Positions 1 through 8,591 of a stretch of 64,000 nt of DNA are shown one piece after another; within the stretch, counting starts at the first letter, position 1, and each line of letters starts with the position of its first letter. Under the pieces are notes generated by a model, which saw nothing but the letters and a program-made list of their open reading frames with translations, made no database searches and was not told the DNA's origin. This DNA comes from an uncultured Acidobacteriota bacterium. Its GTDB lineage: Bacteria > Acidobacteriota > Terriglobia > Terriglobales > Acidobacteriaceae. Both the position numbers and the translations under genes were made by a program. The stretch is from NCBI GenBank assembly GCA_963733805.1, contig CAVTEO010000018.1, positions 76,898-140,897 on the forward strand. Reading direction: 5' to 3'.

Positions 1-841
1 CGCGCGACACTTCGCCATGCCGCATGGCCACTCCGTTCACGTATCCGGAGAAACGGAGGGCCAGGTAAGTCATGTTGAGCGCGTCGTCGTGCAACGCCTG
101 CGTCTGCTCGAGCAGCGACATCCACTCATCGCCCAGCAACTGCTTCACCAGGGGCTTGGGAAATTGATCGTGCCCGGCGGGAACCGGCGTGTGGGTGGTG
201 AAGATGCACATGCGGCGGATGCCGTCGATATCGAGCTGCTTCACGCGGCCGGCAAAACTCTGATCGAGCCGGCGTTCGAGCAAGCCGAGGGCCAGCAAAG
301 CAGAGTGGCCCTCATTCATGTGATAGCCCTGAATGCGGTCATGACCAAGCTTCTGGAGAAGCTTCAGGCCGCCCAGGCCGAGAACAATTTCCTGCGCCAG
401 GCGATACGTCTCATCCCCGCCATACAGGCAATCGGTAAGCTGGCGATCCCATTCGGAGTTTTCTGGAAGGTTGGTGTCGAGCAGGTAGACCGGCAGGGTA
501 TCGCCGTCGACGCCCAGCACGTCATACTCCCAGGCGCGTATCCAGACCGGGCGCTGCCCGATCTCGATGGTGACGCGGCCGTCGACCGCTTTCAGGGTGC
601 GTTCGGGTTCCCACTGTTGCGGTTGCTCGCTCTGCTGGCCGGCGGGATCCAGGTGCTGGCGGAAATACCCTTTGCGGTAGACCAGAGTGACGGCGACCAG
701 GGGCGCGCCCAGATCGGCCGCGGAACGGAGCGTGTCACCCGCCAGCATGCCCAGGCCGCCGCTATAGGTCGGCATGTTGGGGTCGAGAGCAATCTCCATC
801 GAGAAATAGGCGATAGTGGGCGACTTGGTCCGTGGCTTCAT
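1..841 (-). CDS. glgP: alpha-glucan (glycogen/maltodextrin) phosphorylase, N-terminal ~280 codons; gene continues beyond the left edge
   Basis: Absent from the ORF track because it has no stop inside the window. Hand translation of the minus strand from ATG (841-839) stays open to base 1: MKPRTKSPTIAYFSMEIALDPNMPTYSGGLGMLAGDTLRSAADLGAPLVAVTLVYRKGYFRQ...HMNEGHSALLALGLLE...FTTHTPVPAGHD. These are the conserved N-terminal blocks of GT35 alpha-glucan phosphorylases. The listed + ORF 17..847 is its antisense shadow. Confidence 0.8.
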   Translation of the reverse strand, partial: MKPRTKSPTIAYFSMEIALDPNMPTYSGGLGMLAGDTLRSAADLGAPLVAVTLVYRKGYFRQHLDPAGQQSEQPQQWEPERTLKAVDGRVTIEIGQRPVWIRAWEYDVLGVDGDTLPVYLLDTNLPENSEWDRQLTDCLYGGDETYRLAQEIVLGLGGLKLLQKLGHDRIQGYHMNEGHSALLALGLLERRLDQSFAGRVKQLDIDGIRRMCIFTTHTPVPAGHDQFPKPLVKQLLGDEWMSLLEQTQALHDDALNMTYLALRFSGYVNGVAMRHGEVSR

Positions 842-1083
842 AAATGAGACAAAAGTGCATCCCCAAACTTGCGGCACCAAATCTCCGCACGCTTCGAAAA
901 TCGTTTGGCTACACGGGCACAGCCCGGCAAAGACCGGCAATTTCCGGGATGGTTTGCTTCCGGCGAGTCTTGCGGAGTCGACTGCACGTTGAAGTGGACA
1001 TTATAGACGACGCGGCGAGCGCTGCCTTGTGACAATTGGACATAGCCAGAGCGCTCGCATTTTCAGTGCATTAGGATGATCAC

Positions 1084-1854
1084 GTGACCGCACCGGAAAA
1101 ATCGGCCCGTGTAGGACTGGCACGCGCCCTGTCGAAGCTGGGCTTCTGTTCTCGCTCGCGGGCGTTCGAGATCATTCGGGTCGGGCGGGTGCGCTTGAAC
1201 GGTTCGGTCGTGCGCAATCCGGAGTCGCCGGTCCGGCTGGGCAAGGATCGCATCGAAGTAGACGGGGGACCGCGGGTCGAGGCGGCCGCGGCCATCTATC
1301 TCGCCATGAACAAACCTCGCGGCGTGGTGACGACCGCGTCCGACGAAAAAGGCAGAAAAACTGTCTACGACTGTCTTCCGAAGAATCTGCCTTGGGTCGG
1401 CCCGGTGGGACGTCTGGATAAAGCCAGCGAAGGCCTGCTGCTTTTCACCAACGATTCCGAGTGGGGCGCCCGGGTGCTCGAGCCTGAAAGGCATCTGGAG
1501 AAGACCTATCACGTCCAGATTGATGCGTTGGCCGATGAGACGCTGCTGACGGCGATGATGCTAGGCGTGCGCGCTGGCGGCGATCACCTGCGTGCGCGGG
1601 GGGCGTCTGTGCTTCGCCGCGGAACGAAGAATTCCTGGATTGAAGTTGTACTCGACGAAGGCAAGAACCGGCAGATTCGGCGTCTGCTCGAAAGCCTGGG
1701 CATCGGAGTGTTGCGACTGGTACGTGTGCGGATCGGACCACTGGCGCTGGGAAGGTTGCCGAGGGGAGAAACCAGGCATCTCAGCGAACAGGAAAAACAG
1801 GCGCTCGATGAAGAAATGAGCCGGCGCGGAAGAGTTTCTACGCCGAATTGCTGA
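1084..1854 (+). CDS. pseudouridine synthase, RsuA/RluB/RluE family (S4 domain + catalytic domain)
   Basis: 256-aa ORF with GTG start. S4-like N-terminus ([29 protein letters not shown]), catalytic-Asp motif [25 protein letters not shown] block. Confidence 0.85.
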   Translation: MTAPEKSARVGLARALSKLGFCSRSRAFEIIRVGRVRLNGSVVRNPESPVRLGKDRIEVDGGPRVEAAAAIYLAMNKPRGVVTTASDEKGRKTVYDCLPKNLPWVGPVGRLDKASEGLLLFTNDSEWGARVLEPERHLEKTYHVQIDALADETLLTAMMLGVRAGGDHLRARGASVLRRGTKNSWIEVVLDEGKNRQIRRLLESLGIGVLRLVRVRIGPLALGRLPRGETRHLSEQEKQALDEEMSRRGRVSTPNC

Positions 1855-1934
1855 GTTTATAGTGCCGGAACGCAGACTGTTTTCCTCTGGTGGGGCCCTG
1901 TGTCCCTGTGTTTAGGGCCTTTAACGTGGGCGGA

Positions 1935-2312
1935 CTAGCCTTTTGTCAGCGGGTAATTTTTCTCGCGCCAACCTCGGATACCGCCATCCATGGAAATGAC
2001 ATTCTTATAACCCATCTTCTGCAGATTGTCGGCGGCCAGGGCGGAGCGGAATCCTCCTCCACAATAGAGCACCATTTCGGCGTTGAGGTCTGGGACTTTC
2101 TGCTCGACGTCGCGTTCGATCACGCCCTTGCTCATATGAATGGCGCCCGGCAGGTGATCTTTTTGCCACTCGCTCTCCTCGCGGACATCGACCAGCACGA
2201 AGTTGTCGCCGCGATCGAGCCGGGACTTGATCTGGTCGACCGTGGTTTCGCGAACCCGCTGCTTGGCGTCATCGACAATTTTCAGAAAGCGCGGTGGATG
2301 TTGCGGGGCCAT
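1935..2312 (-). CDS. single-domain rhodanese-like sulfurtransferase
   Basis: ORF 1935..2339. Preferred ATG at 2312 is preceded by GGAGGTG. VLVDVREESEW...HLPGAIH and active-site loop YCGGGFRSA (CxxGxR). Confidence 0.8.
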   Translation of the reverse strand: MAPQHPPRFLKIVDDAKQRVRETTVDQIKSRLDRGDNFVLVDVREESEWQKDHLPGAIHMSKGVIERDVEQKVPDLNAEMVLYCGGGFRSALAADNLQKMGYKNVISMDGGIRGWREKNYPLTKG

Positions 2313-2535
2313 GGGGGAGCACCTCCGGGAAAATGGCAAGTCAACGGGAGTATTCTATCGAAACTGACAGCGACCTCGGCGGTGCGTTCATGGCGCTTCG
2401 AGTCGCCGGGTGCGCTTTGCGAGACAGGTTGCGAATCCAAAGTAAGGTTCAGATCGTCTAAAGCTTTCAAAGTGTGGTTTATAGCTTCATTGGCCACGTC
2501 GTCAAAACCTCATTCGAACCCAAGGATCATTAGAG

Positions 2536-4209
2536 ATGGCAGCACCAGCGATTGTCACCGTGGATGATGAACCCGAAGTTTTGCGGGCGGTGGAGCGTGA
2601 CCTGCGCCGCAAGTATGGCAAGGAGTACCGCGTGCTGGGCACCGATTCTGGCCACGGTGCGATGGATCTGTTGAAGCAGCTCAAGACACGCGGGGACAGC
2701 GTCGCGCTCATGCTCGCCGACCAGCGCATGCCGCAGATGTCGGGACTCGAAGTGCTGGGCCAGTCGATGGAGTTGTTTCCGCAGGCCAAGCGCGCGCTGC
2801 TCACCGCGTACGCGGACACTAACGCTGCGATCGCCGCCATCAATACCGCGAAGGTCCATTACTACCTTTTGAAGCCGTGGGATCCGCCGGAGGAAAAGCT
2901 CTACCCGGTACTGGACGATTTGCTGGAAGACTGGCAGGCGGAATATAAGCCGCCCTACAACGGGCTGCGAGTGCTGGGCACGCGCTGGTCTCCCGCCAGC
3001 CATCAGCTGAAGGATTTTCTGGGGCGCAATCAGGTTCCGTATCAATGGACGGATGTGGAAGCGGCAGCGGTCGATCAGGAAGTCAAGCAACTGATCCCTA
3101 ACGTCGACTTGAAAACCGTATCGCTGCCCCTGGTGGTCCTGCAGGGCGGGGAAATCCTGGCCAATCCCCCCGTTGATGAATTGGCGGCGCGGATTGGATT
3201 GCGGACCCGTGCGCAAACTACTTTCTATGATTTCGTGATTGTTGGCGGCGGTCCGGCCGGACTCGCGGCGGCGGTTTATGGCGCATCGGAAGGTTTGAAG
3301 ACTCTCCTGCTGGAGCGCTCCGCGCCCGGCGGGCAGGCGGGAATGAGCTCGCGCATCGAGAACTATCTCGGCTTTCCTTCGGGATTGACCGGGGCCGATC
3401 TCGCCCGCCGCGCGTTTACCCAGGCGAAACGATTCGGAGCCGAGATCCTTTCTCCGCAGGAAGCGGTCGCCTTGCGAGTGGACGGACCGTATCGTTTTGT
3501 GAAACTGCGCGACGGTAATGAAATCAGCTGCCACGCGCTGCTGATCGCGAGCGGGCTTTCCTGGAAACGGCTCGACATTCCCGGCATCGAGCGCCTGCAG
3601 GAGGCCGGTGTTTACTACGGCGCGTCGATGACCGAGGCGTCGCTGTGCAGCGGGGAAGATGTCTTCGTGGTGGGCGGCGCCAACTCGGCGGGCCAGGCTG
3701 CGGTCTACTTCGCGCGCTTTGCGAAGTCGGTGACCATGCTGGTGCGCAGCGACTCGCTCGAGAAGGGCATGTCGCAGTACCTGATCGACCAGATCCGTGA
3801 AGTCCCGAATATCCGTGTGGAAACGCAGGCCGAGGTGGTCGAGGTGCACGGGGACGGTCATCTGGAATCGATTACCATTGCCAACCACGCAACCGAAAGC
3901 ATCCGCACGGAACCGACCAGCGCTCTCTTTATCTTTATTGGCGCCATGCCGTGCACGGGCTGGCTGCATGGCATGCTTCCCATGGATGAGCGCGGCTACC
4001 TGTTGACCGGGACGATGTTGCCCAAGGATGGCGACCGTCCCAGGGGCTGGACCGAGGAACGGGATCCATTCATCTTTGAAAGCATCATTCCCGGCGTGTT
4101 TGCGGCGGGCGATACCCGGCATTCGTCGATCAAGCGCGTGGCCTCTGCGGTCGGCGAGGGATCGATTACGGTGCAGATGGTGCATCAGTATCTGAGCAAG
4201 GTCAGGTAG
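2536..4209 (+). CDS. fused response regulator / thioredoxin-reductase-like FAD-dependent oxidoreductase (REC + Grx-like linker + TrxR-like)
   Basis: 557-aa ORF. Canonical REC (VDDE, LMLADQRMPQMSG, LLTAY, LLKPW). FAD motif VIVGGGPAGLAAA, NAD(P) motif VVGGANSAGQAA, C-terminal GVFAAGD. Confidence 0.85.
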   Translation: MAAPAIVTVDDEPEVLRAVERDLRRKYGKEYRVLGTDSGHGAMDLLKQLKTRGDSVALMLADQRMPQMSGLEVLGQSMELFPQAKRALLTAYADTNAAIAAINTAKVHYYLLKPWDPPEEKLYPVLDDLLEDWQAEYKPPYNGLRVLGTRWSPASHQLKDFLGRNQVPYQWTDVEAAAVDQEVKQLIPNVDLKTVSLPLVVLQGGEILANPPVDELAARIGLRTRAQTTFYDFVIVGGGPAGLAAAVYGASEGLKTLLLERSAPGGQAGMSSRIENYLGFPSGLTGADLARRAFTQAKRFGAEILSPQEAVALRVDGPYRFVKLRDGNEISCHALLIASGLSWKRLDIPGIERLQEAGVYYGASMTEASLCSGEDVFVVGGANSAGQAAVYFARFAKSVTMLVRSDSLEKGMSQYLIDQIREVPNIRVETQAEVVEVHGDGHLESITIANHATESIRTEPTSALFIFIGAMPCTGWLHGMLPMDERGYLLTGTMLPKDGDRPRGWTEERDPFIFESIIPGVFAAGDTRHSSIKRVASAVGEGSITVQMVHQYLSKVR

Positions 4210-4254
4210 GAAGAGGCTGCTGGCTTCTGGCAAGCCGTAGCAGCAAGCAGGTGC

Positions 4255-4287
4255 CCCACGTTCGCACGTTCTTTGTGCTAACGTGGG
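4255..4287. repeat. 33-nt REP-like hairpin (CCCACGTT...AACGTGGG), same family as 18814-18846 in opposite orientation
   Basis: cccacgttcgcacgttctttgtgctaacgtggg. Its reverse complement differs at 2 positions from cccacgttagcgcaaagaacgcgcgaacgtggg at 18814-18846. Confidence 0.7.
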
Positions 4288-4382
4288 CTTCCGGCGGCCG
4301 GACCGGGGCTTCTGTTTGAGCTTGCTGGGCAGCTAAGGTTTGCTAGAAGCCAAAGGTCGTCGCGCGCGTCAACCGACAATTC

Positions 4383-5345
4383 ATGAATCCACAGGTCCAA
4401 GACATCATCCGGCATGGCTACGTTTGGCTGTTCGTGGCGGCACTGGTGGAGCGCCTCGGCTTACCGTTATTGGTTACGCCGGTGGTGGTGGCGGCGGGCG
4501 CGGTGGCGGGCATCGGAGACGACCTGAGCCTGCTCGGCATCGTGCTGGTTACGGTGATTGCTTCCGAGATCGGCGACCTGGTCTGGTACGAACTGGGCCG
4601 AAGGCAAGGATCGTCGGTTCTGCGCCTCCTCTGCAAGATTTCTCTTGAGCCGGATTCCTGCGTGCGCCGGTCAGAGGATTCCTTCGCGCGGCATACAGTC
4701 AGTTCATTGATTTACTCGAAGTTCGTTCCGGGGGTAGGCCGGCTGGCGGGCCCGGTCGCCGGGATGACAGGCATGAACCGCAGCCGCTTCCTTGTGTTGA
4801 ACGGGCTCGGCTCTTTGCTCTGGGCGACGGTCTTCGCGCTCGTGGGATACATCCCCGCCCGCAAGCTGCCCATCGATGTCCTGATCGAACAGGCGGCGGG
4901 CTCGCTGCTTGTGCTGCTAGTCGTTGCTCTGATTGCGAATGTCATCTGGAAATATGTGCAGCGGCAGAAATTTATTAAATCGTTGCGCGTTTCGCGAATG
5001 AGCGTCCACGAACTCAAGGACGCCATTGACCGTGGCGAGCGCCCTTTCGTCGTTGACTTGCGTCACAAGCTGGAATTCCTGGTGAATCCACGCACCGTGT
5101 TAACCGCGGTACGCATTGCGCCTGACGAGTTGCCGCTGCGGCGTGCCGAGATTCCTCTCGATCGAGAGGTTGTCCTGTATTGCACCTGTCCCAGCGAAGC
5201 GACCAGTGCCAAGGTTGCCATGGAACTCAAAAAAATCGGCATCACCAGGGTTCGTCCCCTGGCCGGCGGGTTGAAGGCGTGGGAGGATGAAGGCTTCCCG
5301 CTGGACGAGTTTTACGAAGAGGAAGAGGCCAAAGCCGCTTCCTGA
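4383..5345 (+). CDS. DedA/VTT-family membrane protein fused to a C-terminal rhodanese-like domain
   Basis: 320-aa ORF. DedA-type N-terminus (YVWLFVAALVERLGLPLLVTPVVVAAG, multiple TM segments). C-terminal rhodanese fold (PFVVDLRHKLEF..., VVLYCTCPSEATSAKVA..., GGLKAWEDEGFPL). Confidence 0.8.
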   Translation: MNPQVQDIIRHGYVWLFVAALVERLGLPLLVTPVVVAAGAVAGIGDDLSLLGIVLVTVIASEIGDLVWYELGRRQGSSVLRLLCKISLEPDSCVRRSEDSFARHTVSSLIYSKFVPGVGRLAGPVAGMTGMNRSRFLVLNGLGSLLWATVFALVGYIPARKLPIDVLIEQAAGSLLVLLVVALIANVIWKYVQRQKFIKSLRVSRMSVHELKDAIDRGERPFVVDLRHKLEFLVNPRTVLTAVRIAPDELPLRRAEIPLDREVVLYCTCPSEATSAKVAMELKKIGITRVRPLAGGLKAWEDEGFPLDEFYEEEEAKAAS

Positions 5346-5468
5346 AACCTGCAAAAAAGCCTGAACCCATCAGCAAATCTCCTCAGGAATCCGCCTCACA
5401 ATTTTAAAAGGCGCTCCCGCACCCCATCGGAGTTCACTCCCTTTCGTGTGACTTTGCGGGCCTTCTTC

Positions 5469-5484
5469 TGTGATCTGTGTCACA
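5469..5484. promoter_or_regulatory. perfect CRP/FNR-class palindrome TGTGA-N6-TCACA upstream of the Crp/Fnr gene
   Basis: TGTGATCTGTGTCACA read directly at 5469-5484. Its centre is about 54 nt upstream of the ATG at 5531. It is the only such site I found in the window. Confidence 0.6.
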
Positions 5485-5530
5485 TGTGAGAGTGATACCC
5501 CGGTGATAGAGTGCGGACCGTGAGAACTTT

Positions 5531-6247
5531 ATGAGCACTCCTTACGGCATTCAGATCACGGAAGATTGTGTGCTGTGCAAGTTGCGCCAGAACGGTTATT
5601 TCTGCGAGTTGCCCAAGCCGGCGCTCGGCGAACTGGAAAAAGTGAAATACGCCAGCGCCTACCCAGCAGGCGCGGTGTTATTCGTCGAAGGGCAAGCCCC
5701 TCGGGGTGTCTACGTGATCTGCAGCGGCCGTATCAAGTTGTCAACCACCTCGCGCGACGGCAAAACCCTGATCCTGCGCATCGCGCAGGCCGGCGAAGTG
5801 CTGGGCCTGCACGCCACCGTTTCGGGCAGGCCGTATGAACTGACGGCCGAAACTCTCCAGCCCTGCCAGCTGGATTTCATCCGGCGCGAAGATTTCCTGC
5901 GTCTTCTGCAACACAACGCCGACGCCTGCCTGAACGCCGCCCAGCACCTCAGCAGGAATTGCCAGAGCGCCTACGAGATGATTCGCTCACTGGGGCTATC
6001 GCACTCGGTGTCGGAGAAACTGGCCCGACTCCTGCTGGAGTGGTCAAACGATGGCGATGTCACCAAGGAAGGTGTTCGCATCAAAGTCTCGCTGACCCAT
6101 GAAGAAATCGCGCAGCTGATTGGCACGTCACGGGAGACGGTTACGCGCGTGCTGGGCGAATTCCGGCAGAAGAAGCTGGCGCAGCTGCGCGGATCGACGC
6201 TGGTCATCCTGGATAAGCCCGCTTTGGAACGGATGATCGAAACCTAA
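5531..6247 (+). CDS. Crp/Fnr family transcriptional regulator
   Basis: 238-aa ORF. cNMP-binding-like beta-barrel (GAVLFVEGQAPRGVYVICSGRIKLS..DGK.LILRI) and C-terminal HTH (THEEIAQLIGTSRETVTRVLGEFRQKKL). Confidence 0.9.
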   Translation: MSTPYGIQITEDCVLCKLRQNGYFCELPKPALGELEKVKYASAYPAGAVLFVEGQAPRGVYVICSGRIKLSTTSRDGKTLILRIAQAGEVLGLHATVSGRPYELTAETLQPCQLDFIRREDFLRLLQHNADACLNAAQHLSRNCQSAYEMIRSLGLSHSVSEKLARLLLEWSNDGDVTKEGVRIKVSLTHEEIAQLIGTSRETVTRVLGEFRQKKLAQLRGSTLVILDKPALERMIET

Positions 6248-6348
6248 GCTGCTGCATTCCCAGCGTGGCGATTTCCCGCCTTTGGTAAGAATTCCCGGAT
6301 TACTGGCGTTACTTTACCCCCACAAGGCTCGGGCATAAGCTGCGACCC

Positions 6349-7086
6349 ATGGAACTGAATGCGCTGCTGATGTGCCGCGAGCACGAGTCATTGCGCATGC
6401 TGGTCGGTGCGCTCGACGAGTTTGGGATCGACGAGGAAGTGTGTGGCTCGGAGCCGGAAGCCATGCAACTGCTGGCGCTCGGCTACTACTCGGCGCTCGT
6501 CGTGGATTTCGACTTGCCCGGTGCGGCGCAGGTGGTACACATGGCGCGCATGGCGCCGGCGCAGCGGCGTCCAGTCGTGTTCGCGCTGATCGGTGCGCTG
6601 ACCGATGTGGGCAGCACCTTTCAGGCGGGCGCGAATTTCGTTCTGTACAAGCCGCTGGTCCGGGAACAGATGGAACGGTCGCTGCGGGCAGGCCAGGCAT
6701 TCATGCGGCCGGATCGAAGAAAGTCGAAGCGCCAGAAAATGGAGTCATTGGTCTACCTCCGGTTCGGCAACGTTTGTCCCGTGCCGGCGCTGGTGCTCGA
6801 GATCAGCCAGGACGGACTTTCGGTGCAGGCGTCGGAGCCCTTGCCGGCGGCCGAGTTGCCGCTGCGCTTTATTTTGCCCGGCACCAGTTGCATGATCGAA
6901 GGCAGCGGGGAAGTAACCTGGGCCGATGACAGCGGGCGCGGCGGGATCTTCTTCAGTCGCCTGAGCCCTTCCGCGCGGCGGCAGTTGAAGTCGTGGCTGG
7001 CGAAGCGGGACAGGAAGAAAGCGCCGCGGTGCGCGCCGCAGCCCGAGCTGCAAAGCCCCGTCCGGCGACCGCACCAGCTGAACTGA
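6349..7086 (+). CDS. PilZ-domain protein with N-terminal degenerate receiver domain
   Basis: 245-aa ORF. REC-like fold that keeps VVDFDLPG and YKP but lacks the N-terminal acidic pair. PilZ motifs RRKSKRQK (RxxxR) and EISQDGLSV (D/NxSxxG). Confidence 0.7.
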   Translation: MELNALLMCREHESLRMLVGALDEFGIDEEVCGSEPEAMQLLALGYYSALVVDFDLPGAAQVVHMARMAPAQRRPVVFALIGALTDVGSTFQAGANFVLYKPLVREQMERSLRAGQAFMRPDRRKSKRQKMESLVYLRFGNVCPVPALVLEISQDGLSVQASEPLPAAELPLRFILPGTSCMIEGSGEVTWADDSGRGGIFFSRLSPSARRQLKSWLAKRDRKKAPRCAPQPELQSPVRRPHQLN

Positions 7087-7121
7087 GTGCCGAGTGCCGA
7101 CTCGCGAGTACCAAGTACCGA
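7087..7121 (+). repeat. five heptanucleotide units starting immediately after the stop codon
   Basis: TGA(7084-7086) then GTGCCGA GTGCCGA CTCGCGA GTACCAA GTACCGA. Confidence 0.8.
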
Positions 7122-7160
7122 GAACTGCTACCCGCCCCTTCCTTCAAGCATAATGTCCGA

Positions 7161-8591
7161 ATGTCTGAGCTGCATTTCCTTTCCGCCGCCGCGATGGCGG
7201 AACAGGTCCGTCAAAGGAAAATCTCTCCCGCGGAGTTGGTGGACGCTCATTTCGCGCGGATAGCCGAGCTGAATCCCAAGCTGAATGCCTTCGTCGCGCT
7301 CGATGAGGAGCGCGCGCGAAAGGATGCTGGCTTGTTGGAAGCGGAGGCCCGGCGTGGCGATGTGAATGGTCCGCTGCATGGCGTCCCCATCAGCATCAAG
7401 AGTTCGCTCGATACGGCTGGTCTTCCATGCGAGTCCGGAACGCGTTTGCGTGCCGGTAACATTGCGGCCCGCGACGCGGTTCTGGTAGCGCGCCTGCGCA
7501 AGGCGGGAGCCATCCTTCTAGGCGTGACCAACACGCCGGAGTTGCTGATGGCCTGGGAAACTGACAATCTTCTTTATGGCCGCACAAACAGCCCGTGGGA
7601 TCTCGCGCGCACTCCCGGCGGATCAAGCGGCGGAGAGGCAGCGGCCATCGCATCAGGATGCTCGGCGGGCGGAGTGGGCAGCGATGGAGGCGGATCGATT
7701 CGGGTGCCGGCGCACTTCAGCGGAATCTGCGGGCTCAAGCCTACCCCGGGACGAATTCCGTCCACGGGACATTTCCCGGCGTCCGCGGGGCCGTTCGCGT
7801 TGCTGGGCGTGGTCGGCCCGATGGCGCGCACGGTAGCTGACCTGCAGCTCCTATTCGAGGTGATGGCGGGTCCGGACGACGGAGACCCTTCATCGGCGCC
7901 CGTGCCGCTGCGAAAGATCACAAGAGACGAACTGCGGCGGGCTCGCGTCGGCTACTTCGAGGACGATGGCCGCACTCCAGTGACACCAGAAACGCGGGCG
8001 GCCGTCCGCGTCGCCGCGGAAGCTCTGTCACGCGCGGGGTTCGATGTCGTCCCGTTCCGCCCCGAAGGCCTGGAAGAAGCGCGGCAGTTATGGTGGAAGC
8101 TGTTTGGCACGGCGGGCGGGATGGTGCTGCGCCCGCTCACCAAAGGTCGCGAACGCGAGCTCTCGCCACTGCTGAAGGAATTCCTCGCCTGGGTCGCTGC
8201 CGAGCCACCCCACACCGGCGAGTCCCTGCTCGACACATGGCTCGAGCGCGACGCCCTGCGCGCCAGAATACTCGCGCAGATGCAGGCGTATCCGATCCTG
8301 CTCTGCCCAGCGGCGGCGATTCCGGCATTTCGCCACGGCGAGCGCAGTTGGGTGGTCGAGGGAAAGACCGTGAAGTATCTCGACGCGTGGAGCTACACGG
8401 AGTTTTTCAATCTGCTGGGAAATCCCGGCGCGGTGCTCCCGGTCGGGCGTTCCCCGGAAGGATTGCCCATCGGTGTACAGATCGTAGGACGACCGTGGGA
8501 AGAGGAGTTGGTGCTGGCTGTGGCGGCGGAAGTGGAACGGGGGTGCGGAGGGTTTCGGAGGCCGCCCCGTCTGATTCCGGACGCTCAGTGA
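7161..8591 (+). CDS. amidase (amidase-signature family, GatA-like)
   Basis: ORF 6993..8591. Start moved to ATG 7161 (MSELHFLSAAAMAEQVRQRKISPAELV), a typical amidase N-terminus. AS signature GGSSGGEAAAIASG. Confidence 0.85.
   Translation: MSELHFLSAAAMAEQVRQRKISPAELVDAHFARIAELNPKLNAFVALDEERARKDAGLLEAEARRGDVNGPLHGVPISIKSSLDTAGLPCESGTRLRAGNIAARDAVLVARLRKAGAILLGVTNTPELLMAWETDNLLYGRTNSPWDLARTPGGSSGGEAAAIASGCSAGGVGSDGGGSIRVPAHFSGICGLKPTPGRIPSTGHFPASAGPFALLGVVGPMARTVADLQLLFEVMAGPDDGDPSSAPVPLRKITRDELRRARVGYFEDDGRTPVTPETRAAVRVAAEALSRAGFDVVPFRPEGLEEARQLWWKLFGTAGGMVLRPLTKGRERELSPLLKEFLAWVAAEPPHTGESLLDTWLERDALRARILAQMQAYPILLCPAAAIPAFRHGERSWVVEGKTVKYLDAWSYTEFFNLLGNPGAVLPVGRSPEGLPIGVQIVGRPWEEELVLAVAAEVERGCGGFRRPPRLIPDAQ

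Noticed and set aside
17-847. 276-aa + strand ORF at the left edge
   Set aside because: It is the antisense shadow of the glgP N-terminus, which reads convincingly on the minus strand. Its own sequence is Arg/Gly/Val-rich with no motif.
2530-4233. 567-aa minus-strand ORF
   Set aside because: It lies fully antisense to the REC-TrxR-like gene, which has clear domain motifs. This is a typical long mirror ORF in GC-rich DNA.
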